Under the pieces are notes generated by a model. That model was not told the DNA's origin. It ran no database searches and saw nothing but the letters and a program-made list of their open reading frames with translations. A stretch of 64,000 nt of DNA. Source: Octopus sinensis (Eukaryota). The DNA is taken from NCBI RefSeq assembly GCF_006345805.1, contig NC_043007.1, positions 57,970,001-58,034,000 of the forward strand. Reading direction: 5' to 3'. The position numbers were made by a program, and so were the translations under genes. Positions 52,271-64,000 of this stretch are shown piece by piece. The number at the start of each line of letters is the position of its first letter. Position 1 is the stretch's first letter.

Positions 52271-53981
52271 CAGGCATGCGCAACGGACACTTGACTTGAG
52301 GATAAACAAAGAATGAACGTCACAACACCCCTTGTTTACTTTTGCTCAAAACGTCAATAGTAATGAATGCCCCCTCCATAGATACGTCTGATCAGGAAAG
52401 ATCGTGAAATTTATTCTTTCACGCGTCGACGAACTGGATAAATAAATAATGCTTTGTTGGTTTAAGATTTTGATGAATTATGTGTGCACGTCAGGTTTTT
52501 GTGTGTATGTGTGCATGAGTTGTATACATGTGTGCATGTGTGTATATGCAATTTTGTATGTGTGTGTGTGCATGTGTACGTTTATAAATGTGTATTTGTG
52601 TGTCTGTGTGTACATGTTTATAATTGTGTGTGTGTTTGCAAATGTATATGTGTACGTGTGTAAATTAATTGGCGTGATTTTATGTGAGTCTTCGTATATG
52701 TTAAAGGTGTGTAGTGTAGTTGTCTATAATTACGATATGGTCTTTCATATAAAGACTCGCACTCCGTTACAACGTTTACACGCACACATTACACAACGCA
52801 AAAACCACACCCACGCAAATTACATATGCATAAAACACACACATCTATAACTTTCACATACGTCCATACACAAATGCACAGGAGCGCAATAAATGTTACA
52901 AAAAATTAATTAAATTTTTTTAATTACAATCACACATATGCACATATTTAATATAACACACAGAAATTTACATACACACATACACAATTATACTTGTGTA
53001 GAAACACGGATGCAGAAACAAAGGGAGGAAGGTATAGGTGTGTAACTGTATATATGTATATACATAATACATTGACTGTTATATGTATGTGTGCATGTAT
53101 GTATGTATGTATGTATGTATGTATGTATGTATGTATGTATGTATGTATGTATGTATGTGTGTGTGTGTGTGTATGTGTGTATATATGCATGCATATATTT
53201 ATGTATATGCATGTGTGTGTCTGCATGTATGTACGAGTTTACACGAAAGTATGTATATGTAAGTGTGTATGTCCATGTGTGCATGTATATGTGTATATGT
53301 GTGTATGGATGTATAGTATAAATGTGTATGTAGGGACGTATCTATGTATATAAATGTGTATGCATGTATATACGAGTATACATGATGGTATGACTATATA
53401 CGTGTGTATGCCTATGTGTGTATGTATGCATGTGTGTGTCTTTATATGCGTATGTATGTTTATGTATATATGTATATACATGTGTGCATATTACGAGTAT
53501 ACTTGAAATGTGTATGTGTATTTACGTGTATACCTTCATATGTATATGTATGTATTATGTATGTATGTATGTATGTATGTATGTATGTATGTATGTGTGC
53601 GTGTGTGTGTATGTGTGTATATATGCATGCATATATTTATGTATATGCATGTGTGTGTCTGCATGTATGTACGAGTTTACACGAAAGTATGTATATGTAA
53701 GTGTGTATGTCCATGTGTGCATGTATATGTGTATATGTGTGTATGGATGTATATGTATAAATGTGTATGTAGGGACGTATCTATGTATATAAATGTGTAT
53801 GCATGTATATACGAGTATACATGATGGTATGACTATATACGTGTGTATGCCTATGTGTGTATGTATGCATGTGTGTGTCTTTATATGCGTATGTATGTTT
53901 ATGTATATATGTATATACATGTGTGCATATTACGAGTATACTTGAAATGTGTATGTGTATTTACGTGTATACCTTCATATG

Positions 53982-54013
<32 letters not shown>

Positions 54014-54387
54014 TGTATGCATGCATGCATGTGTGTATGTATGTATGTATATGTATGTGTATGTAGGTATATACGTATATACATATGTGTGTGCGCGTGT
54101 ACGTTCCTGTGTGTATGTATAAATGTATGTGTGTATGTATGTATGTGTGTATATATGTGTATAGATATATGTATGTTTGTGTATGCATATTTGTGTATGT
54201 ATGTATGTATGTATGTATGTATGTATGTATGTATGTATGTGTGGCATGTTTGACTGTCTGTCTGTGTGTTTTTGTCTGTGTGTTTTTGTCTGTGTATGTA
54301 TTGGCTTATATTGGTTCGCTAGAGCCATGCGGACAGTTCTTCATCACCATTCACCTCGTCCTCCTCATCACTATCAACATCATTACT

Positions 54388-54427
<40 letters not shown>

Positions 54428-54985
54428 AGGTCAATAACATCGTAACCTTTATTCTTGTGTTTATTGCTTTTATTACTTGTTTATTATTCCCTGTTTTCTT
54501 ATTTGTTTTTGTTTCCCTGCATCTGTAGCCACACCACCACTACTGACAAATAAAATTTATTATTATAATTATCATATTATTTTATTATCTAAATTGTTGT
54601 TGTTGTTGCTGGCGTCATCGTTGTCGTTGCCGTAATCATCATCATCATCCCGTTAACTATTATTGTTGTTGTTGATGTAGTTGTTGTTGTTGTTATTACT
54701 ATTTGCCGAAATTGTTGTCAGTATTATTGATATTATTGGTCTTATTTTTATCAAAGAAATGAATTTTTTAAAAGAAAAAAACAATATTATCGTCATCATT
54801 AATATTATAATGAAAATTACTTGTCACCCATTCGCAAATAAACAAATTATCATCATCATCGTCGTTGTCGTCGTCCATATCGTTATCATCATCACCAATA
54901 TCAAAATCATCAACATCATCATCATCATCATCACCATCATCATCAGCATCATCATCATCATCATTATCATTGTTGTTGTTGTTAC

Positions 54986-55031
<46 letters not shown>

Positions 55032-55936
55032 GAAGATTACTTATTGATTTTGATTTGTGAATATCAGTGCGATAGATTTACTAAACTGCAACGGTGCATG
55101 TCCACACTTTCAGTTCGTTGCACAATTCCTCATCCATCTGTCATACACCGATGCACATCATAGATGTTCGGTTTCGCTTCTTTCTGCAGTTGATGGGGTG
55201 GTGGTCGTGAGTTTGGATGTGGCGAGAAGGTTGTCTTAATTTTTATTTTGGTTTCATTTAAATTTTAACCGTCTTATGTATTAATTTTATTTATTTATTA
55301 TTTTTGGTTTTAATTAATTTTTTTATTTTCTATTTTGTTTATTCGCTCTCTTCTTCATGGTGGTGATGATGATGATGCTTAATGCTTAATCCTAAGAGTG
55401 ATAGTAATGCTGTAATGCAGGCGATGGTGGCGGCGGCGACAGAGGCAACGGCGTCGGCGGCGGCCGTAATGGTGGTGGTGGTGGTGGTGTAATCTTGGTG
55501 CAATGCTGCAGTAATGCAGTGGTACCTGGTGGCGTCGGTGTTGGTGGTATTGGTGTTGGTGTGAAAGGTGGGTGTCGAAGGGGTTGCGGTATTAAACGGA
55601 ATAAATATAAATTAAATCTAATGTTTTCGATCGTTTGAACTTTATTGGAAAATGATATATTTGAAATTATTTATTTTTCTTTAAATTTTATTTTGTTTTT
55701 GTTTTGTTGTGTGTGTGTGTGCGTCATTATCTCTATACAAAATCGTCTTCGTCATCTTCGTCGTCGTCGTCATCATCATCATCATCATCATCATCATCGG
55801 CGTCATCGTTATCAACAAAGCCTCCATACACGCTTGTATGTGAGAATGTTTATATATATATAAGCACTAGCATATCCTACTTACACAAATATATACACAC
55901 ACGCACACAAGCTACCCCACCCCATATATACATGTA

Positions 55937-55979
<43 letters not shown>

Positions 55980-56287
55980 TGTGTATATATGAACTTATAT
56001 GATATATAAACACACACACACACACATATATATATGTATGTATTTATATGTATATATGCATCCATAATGGCAAAGATGATGACGCTACAGATAATAATAA
56101 TAAGGATGATGATGATGATAATGACAGATACAGCCAAAATCGTGACTACAGAGACTATGATAAACATATACACACTCTCTCTCACGCACACACACATACA
56201 CATAGATGTGTATATATTAATGTAAACGTATGAAGTTCTATATATTTATATTTACGTGTACATATAGGTATAATATATTACATATAT

Positions 56288-56688
56288 ACTCTCTTTACTT
56301 GTTTCAGTCATTTGACTGCGGCCATGCTGGAGCACCGCCTTTAGTCGAGCAAATCGACCCCAGGACTTATTCTTTGTAAGCCCAGTACTTATTCTATCGG
56401 TTTCATTTGCCAAACCGCTAAGTGACGGGGACGTAAACACACCAGCATCGGTTGTCAAGCAATGCTAGGGGGACAAACACAGACACACAAACACACACAT
56501 ACATATATATATACACATATATACGACAGGCTTCTTTCAGTTTCCGTCTACCAAATCCACTCACAAGGCATTGGTCGGCCCGGGGCTATAGCAGAAGACA
56601 CTTGCCCAAGATGCCACGCAGTGCGACTGAACACGGAACCATGTGGTTGGTTAGCAAGCTACTTACCACACACCCACTCCTGCGCCTA
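56288..56688 (-). mobile_element. Type C SINE, full length
   Basis: Colinear with 13297-13711. Confidence 0.92.
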
Positions 56689-56701
56689 TATATATATATT
56701 T

Positions 56702-56736
<35 letters not shown>

Positions 56737-56753
56737 TAGATAGATAGATAGAC

Positions 56754-56820
<67 letters not shown>

Positions 56821-56829
56821 CGGATAGAC

Positions 56830-56922
<93 letters not shown>

Positions 56923-57864
56923 TCAAGTGATGTCGATATCTCTGATGAAACCCCAACAAGAGTCGGAAATCGATTAAGGTTGTTCATCATTTTCAAACTA
57001 CAGGGAGAGAGAGAGAGAGATTTGACACATCTGTATGTCTACTAACTAGCTTTACAAATGTGTGTGTTTGCGCGCGCGAGTTTACGCTCTTGTATGTGAG
57101 AATGTTTATATCTGTGCTTATTGGGGTGTGTTTTTGTGTGTTTCTTTTCTTTTCTTGCTGTGCTGCATCCAGAAAATGATAACTGCTTCCTTTGAAACCA
57201 ATATTATTTGGATGTTTAAAGTCGCAAATATAGATGACTTTTATTGTGATAATTTCTGTACCCCATCTTCTCATAGTTAAGTGGCTACTAGAGGTCGTAA
57301 TGTGATATGAGATTGTACGTCCAACACGATTACACTTCTTATTTCGACACAGTTAAAAGGCCATTGTGACCAGTAACCAGTAATACAATAAATCAGCAAC
57401 CGAGAGGTGCGTTGTTCATCGCCCATCGTGGAATATGAACATTTTTACCTCTTTTGGGCAATACTTGTCGCTTGTTTCATATACATACACACATGTACAT
57501 GTACACATACACCCCCCATACACACACATATACGGAGTAGATAAAACAGCCGACAACTGATGAAGAGTCATTCTTTATGTTACTTGTCTTGTTTCTCTTG
57601 CTGTTTCTTTCGTTGTTCGCAAAAAAAGTTCGTATTCTATGTTTTTGTATTTCATATTTCATATTGTTTACGTTTTATGAAGTCCTGTACCGATATGTGC
57701 ATATTTATATACATATATATGTATGTACATATATGTATATATATTTGCATATATTTATATATATTATTTATATTATATATATGTGTGTGTGTGTGTATGT
57801 ATCTATACTTTCATCTATCTACACACGCATACACGCACACACACATGCAGACACACACGCACGA

Positions 57865-57918
<54 letters not shown>

Positions 57919-59300
57919 ATGAAGATGAGGCTGATACCCAGCCGCGACAGAAAGATTTGTGGTGGAATGGAGGAACAAGAAAACATACAAACGAAACCAA
58001 ACACGCTTTAACTATCGTCAGCTGTCAACCAAATCGCATCACGATTTTGACACCTTCCGAAAAAATTGTTCCTAGATGAGTGTCAGCAATGTAAACTGTT
58101 TGGGCATAGACCAGCAGAAACTATGCTTCTCCAGTTCTTGTTCTCAATCTTTCTAGTGATCTTTACTCTATATTCTATTCGTATTACAGAAGTGTTTTAT
58201 GCAGCTTCTAGTATTTTTACTTTTTGAGTGTTTATGCCTGAGTGGGTGCGTATGTGTGTGTGTATTTATGTGCGTGTGCGTGTGTGCGAGTTTATAGTGT
58301 TGTTCTCTGGTGTTGCTGGTATGAAAGGAGAATCAGTTCTTCTATTTTCCCTTTTCTCTAATTACTCTCCCTCTCTACCACATTCTCCTTTCCTATATCT
58401 GACTTCATTTTCTTCCTTTTCCTTCAGTCACCATCAGCTTTTGTCTCACTTCTTACACGACTTAGTTCTAGTCTCTCTTGGTTTTCTCATTTCTTTGTCT
58501 CTCATACTCCATACTCCTTCTTTCATTCCAATATCTCTCACTACTTCTCTCCCTTTTTTCTCTCTCTCTTTGCCCATTTGTTTCTACTATTGTTATCTCA
58601 ATGTACTATTGTCGTTTCCTCTTCCTTATTATTTCTCTTTCTACCTTTAATTTCTCTCCCTAGCTTTCTTTCTTCTACTCGCCTTCTCTGTCTGTCTCTC
58701 CCTTTCTCACATACGCACACACATACACACAAATACACACAAAACACGCAGTCATCTATGCCCTCTCCCCTCTTTCTTTCTCTCTCTTTCTCTCTCACTT
58801 CATTCTCCCGATCTCCCGATACATTAAAATAATGTTTCCCCAGTCATAAAATGGTAGAACACTTTCCTCTCAACTTCCGTCAAATTGAAACATACCGTAC
58901 AACCAAATGTTTTGGATGTTTTTTCTTATTAACACACGCCATATTATTTGCTTCATTTCCTCTCCGTTTGTCGACCATCGTTCACCAACAACATCATCAA
59001 AATCATCACATAAACTCACTCCGCCATTACAATCATCACACATGCCACTATTACCACCGCGACGATCGCCATACCTACCCTCACAAGTCAACCGAATTTC
59101 TCCCACCTCTTTCACCGTCACAACCAACCTATCAATCATCGTCCCTGTCACAACAATGACTACTGCGGCCATCTCATCTATCACTTCCCTAACTATCAAC
59201 ACAAATTATTACTGCCGCATTTACCATTAGCACCATCATATCTTCCTCAACCACTACCAACATCGACGACAACTGCACTTTTAACAATATTGATTAAAAT

Positions 59301-59705
59301 AAGGCGGCGAGCTAGCAAAATCGTTAGCACTCTGAGAAAAAGTGCTTAGCAGCATTTCGTCCGTCTTTACGTTCTGAGTTCGACTTTGCCTTTCATCCTT
59401 GTGGGGTCGATAAAATAAGTACCAGTTGAACAATGGGGACGATGTTATCGCCTTACATTCTCTCCCAAAATTGCTGGCCTTGTGCTCAAATTTAAAATCA
59501 GTATTGACTAAAACAAGGCGGCGGCAGAATCGTTAGCAGGCCGAGCAAATGCTTAGCGGTATTTCGTCCGTCTTAATATTCTGATTTCAAATTACGTTTC
59601 ATCCACGGGATCGATTAATTAAGTACTAATTGAACATTGGTGTTGATGTAATTGACTTAACACACCCCAAGAAATTGCTGGCCAGGTGACAAAACTTGAA
59701 ACAAA
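59301..59705 (+). mobile_element. Two tandem Meta/MESC-like SINE copies
   Basis: Heads aaggcggcg at ~59301 and ~59514, each followed by the ttcatcc..aagtac core. Confidence 0.82.
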
Positions 59706-60386
59706 TATTAGTTAATTTAAAGTAAATAAATAAAAATGCTATTGCTTGCAACACCAACGCCGAAGATCTAACGATCTGTGAGCTTTTAGGGTGTTGCTCA
59801 TCGTTTAAGAAATAGCAGCTAAATATTCATTAAATCACCCGCTACGGTCTTAAAAAGGACACATTAAGCAATATAATCTCTCATAGTTTTAAAATATAGA
59901 GTGGTCGCGGCTGAGACGCTTTAATCATAGGTCAGCGCTGACCTGGAGATGAACAGCAACACCAACAAAACCATCACAACCGCAACAACCGCCACCGCTA
60001 CCATCTCTATCAGCACCACCACATTCATTACCGTCATCAACACCCCCACCACGATCATCAGTATCACCACCACTACAATTATTATTATCACCACTACCAT
60101 CACCACAAACACCACCACCATCATCGCCGTCCCTTTCTTCTTCTTTGCTAACATCACTTCAGATACTATTAGTAATTATGAAATCAATCACCAACCTCAC
60201 TTTCAAGCCATTTTCCCCCCTAATGAAGGAAAATCATTGAAGGACGTTGCAAGTATTTGGATATAAAGTGACTTCCCTGATTCTATGAAAAAAAATGACA
60301 TTCGAAATATGCACAATCACATAGACACATATACGCACACGCGTATAGCGTGTTTAAAATATTAAACGTACACATATGTACGTATG

Positions 60387-60425
<39 letters not shown>

Positions 60426-60988
60426 TGAATTTCACAAATTTGTACAGTACCGATAAGCTACTACACACAAAAAGCTGTACTTATATTGATATTAACTTTT
60501 CTTTCGTTGAATCATACAATAACTTTAACAATCAAATCATCATAACCTTTCCTACTAATAGTTTATAATAAGTCTTCATATATTAATTGCATTCTATGAT
60601 ATTCAAATTTAGATGCATTTGCATGAATCGTAACCCTGTTACGATGAATTTCTATCTGCTCTATCTGGTGTATTAATATTTTTCTTGCCCATTTTTTACT
60701 CTTTTAAAAAGGACACGCTTCTAAAGAGTGTTTGCATATGTGAATGATGATATTGTTTATATTGGGTTGCGAAGAATATAGACGTTGTGGGAAAAATGCA
60801 GCTCGTGTAATTTTCTGAATGGCACACCTAACAAAATTTTCTTTTAGTAGTGCGACCCGCCTGATGCTGAGAGATATCTCACGCACCCACTTTTCGAAAA
60901 AATTGTCTATGCTTCATACAGAATGTTACAGCTAGTCAGCAGTATACTCCAACTGGCGTGTTATCTCGCCTCTTGTCATTCGAACCGT

Positions 60989-61312
60989 GAAGGCGCGTGG
61001 CTTAGTGGTTAGGGTAATCGGCTCCTTACTATCATTACGATCGTGAGTTCGATTCCTGGCGGCGCGCTGTGTCCTTTGAGCATGACATTTCATTTCTCGT
61101 TGCCCCTGTCCACTCAGCTGACAAAAAATAGTTATACCTATGCTTGAAAGAACCAGCTTTGTCACATTCTGTGTCACGCTGAATGTTCCCGAGTACCACG
61201 TTAAGGGTACGCGTGTTGTGAAGTGCTCAGCCACTTGCATGTTAATTTTGCGAGCAGGTTATACCGTTGATTGGATCAACTGCAACATTTGTCGTCGCAA
61301 CCGACAGAGTGC
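60989..61312 (+). mobile_element. CORE-type SINE, tail type B
   Basis: A box tggcttagtggttagg, B box gagttcgattcct, tail as at 26331. Confidence 0.88.
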
Positions 61313-61726
61313 TTGTCATCTGAACTCCAGGGCAGTGAAGGCATTTGGGACCAGCCCATTCTATGTTAGGGCAGATCAGCAGTAGATTAAATTAACCTTA
61401 TTAGCTGACTTGTACTTTGTTTTATCCAACCCGGAAAGATGAAACACTAAGTTGAAAAGAGCGGGATTTGAATTCCGAAGATTATGAATCAGTAGAGAAG
61501 TCGAGAGATGTTCTATTCGATGCTGAAACGCCCTGCCAATTCACCGTCTTCATCATTTCAGTATTTTTAAAATTCAAAAAGCCATTTTGGGCGATGGATT
61601 TACAAAATCGATAAAAATGTTTAAATACCTACGTTAACATCCTGATTTCAAAACATTCCGAGATCAACTTTACATTTTATCCTTTGGAGTTCGATAAGTA
61701 CTCGCTGGTAATGTTTACCCCATGAT

Positions 61727-61926
61727 CAGTGGTTCTTAACCATTTTTTTCCCTGTGGACACCTTTGATTCTTATTTTATTTTGCTGTAACCTCATAGCCA
61801 TTTGAAGGTCTTTTTGTTAAAATATTTTAGAAGTACAACCGATTTATTAAGCATAACTTTTAACAACTAGATCTTATATGGATCGCCACCACACAAGGTC
61901 ATGTGGACCCTGATTGAGAATTATTA
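61727..61926. mobile_element. Possible hAT/Charlie-like MITE
   Basis: Left end cagtggttcttaacc..gtggacac and right end gtggaccctgattgagaatt resemble CAGTGGTTCTCAACC-type terminal repeats. Right end degenerate. Confidence 0.45.
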
Positions 61927-62155
61927 CTCTAGGTTAATACCATTCGAGCAAGGCTGTGATCAAAGACATTCCATCTGTGACCACCTTGTCCGCTTTTCAA
62001 ACATAATGTAATCTAGTAGAATTGGTTTGTCAGATAAATTCATTTGTTTGTGTTTATTCTTTGTTTTATTCACACCTATTTTAACCCCTTTCAATGTTAT
62101 TGAATTAACGGGAAAACTATTTTTATCGTAGTGTTTTATGGAGGGGGCGAGTGGT

Positions 62156-62403
62156 ACACTCTTTTACTCTTTTACTTGTTTCAGTCATTTGACCTTGGCC
62201 ATGGTGGAGCAACGCCTTTAGTTGAGCAAATCGACCCCAGGACTTATTCTTTGTAAGCCTATTTGTAAGCTTATTCTATCGGTCTCTTTTGCCGAACCGC
62301 TAAGTTACGGGGACGTAAACACACCAACATCGGTTGTCAAGCTATGTGGGGGGGGACAAACAGACACACAAACACACACACATACACACACACACACACA
62401 CAT

Positions 62404-62438
<35 letters not shown>

Positions 62439-62611
62439 CATATATACGACAGACTTCTTTCAGATTCCGTCTACCAAATCCATTCACAAGGCTATGGTCG
62501 GCCCGAGGCTATAGTAGAATACACTTGCCCAAGGTTCCACGCTGTGAGACTGAACCCGGAACCGTGTGGTTCGTAAGCAAGCTACTTACCATACAGCCAC
62601 TCCTACGCCTA
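62156..62611 (-). mobile_element. Type C SINE, full length
   Basis: Colinear with 13297-13711. Confidence 0.9.
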
Positions 62612-63948
62612 TGTCTATTATTCCTCTAAAACTTTTGTTAATTGATATTGAAATTTGAAATTTATTTCACACTTCATCATCTTACGTCTTTCAAACTATA
62701 TCACGACGGAGTGCAAAAAAAAAAAAACTAAGAACGAACAAATTTACCTGAGAATTCAATCAAAATGCTGACTGCTATTTTCAGCAATCAGACAACTACG
62801 TGGATGGATCCTTTTAATCGATTGCCTTGTGCTTCCGCTGGAACTTACTGTTATCACCATCACCATCATTATCATCATCATCATCATCATCATTATTCTC
62901 CACAATCCTCCTCTCCCCCCCACTCTGATGTACTCCTTCCTACCCCAACCTTATATACCCGACCGCCACCGTCTACCACGGTTCATTACATGTTTTATTG
63001 CCGATCAAAACTTCCGAAAGTCTGTCTTTGCTGCCCCTTTACCCACCCCTCCCCTCGACTCCCACCCCTTTCCAGCCACCCTTCCTGCCCGTTCGGACAT
63101 CAGTCAGCATCTCATTTCGGATTTCCTCAGTCAGCACCAGCCACCAACTCTTCGATGTCCGTATGGCGGATGGCGGGTGTTTGATGTTGGAATTGGGGTA
63201 GGGGTGGTCGAAGGAGGAGAGAGGCGCGCCTGTCTGTCAATAAATGTATGCATGGATGTGTGTGGGTGTGCGTACGTATGTATGTATGTATGCATGTATG
63301 TATGCATGTATGTCTGAGTCGATGTGCGTGTGCGTGTGTCGGTCTGTTTGCGTGTGTGAGTTTGTTCGCGTGTAGACGCATGAAGTAAGATTATGGAGTA
63401 CGCTTGTTCATATTGCATTATAAGCAATAAGTATGTAAGGAGTATAAGTGCTTCAATGTAAAGAGTACATGCACATACATACGCGTGTGCGCACGCGCAC
63501 ACACACACATGCGTCCGCGCTCACATACACACGCACACACACACACATACACACACATGTATGTACGTCTGTGTACGTGTGTCCGGCAATTGTTTGTGGA
63601 AAGAGTAGATGTCAACACAAGAATATGAACGTGTAAGCATACACGTGAATTTTTCAGATTAATCATCGCAAAATAACAAGTTCCTTAATATATCTTGTAC
63701 TTGCTTCAATTACTGGGTTGCGGCCATGCTGGAGCATAGCTTTCAAGGGTTATTTGGTCTAACAAATCAATTTGAGTACCTTTTTTTTAAGTCTGGTACT
63801 TATTCTATTGTTCTCTCTTATACCGAACCCATGTGTTACGGGGACGTAAACAAACCAACCAAGTGGTAGTGGAAAACAAATACAAGTAAAAAGATACACA
63901 CTCATTCACACACATATATACACACATACGCACACACATATATGCATA

Positions 63949-63985
<37 letters not shown>

Positions 63986-64000
63986 ATCACGTGACCGACC

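Noticed and set aside
53090-53990. ~440-bp tandem duplication of degenerate (TATG)n sequence
   Set aside because: Same pattern; no structure beyond the microsatellite.
56935-56985. CTGATGA...GAAATCGAT hammerhead-like string
   Set aside because: Stems I and II do not pair convincingly.

Overview
This is AT-rich, microsatellite-saturated eukaryotic DNA. The SINE families and repeat load look like a cephalopod (Octopus) genome; that is an inference from repeat recognition, not a database result. No host gene can be supported, and almost all ORFs in the supplied track are translated microsatellites. Recognisable coding sequence is all transposon-derived: a decayed mariner (7.5-8.5 kb), a CR1-group LINE (10.3-13.25 kb), a near-complete partial-tandem Penelope-like element (PLE, 15.4-21.9 kb), four more PLE remnants (Neptune-like and Naiad-like) and an R4/Dong-like fragment. 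About 30 tRNA-derived SINE copies from four families are also present. The main unexpected signal is a dense set of hammerhead ribozyme (HHR) motifs. A non-coding ~487-bp unit occurs as two tandem pairs arranged as a 1.5-kb palindrome (13.75-15.37 kb), and each of the four copies carries a complete type I hammerhead with a branched stem II. A second, unrelated 430-bp unit (9.45-10.15 kb) carries a canonical GUC hammerhead and has the same inverted-plus-partial-tandem layout. Both look like retrozyme-type, probably PLE-mobilised, self-cleaving RNA elements. There is a 100-N gap at 35982-36081. Coordinates were read by eye and may be off by a few bases.
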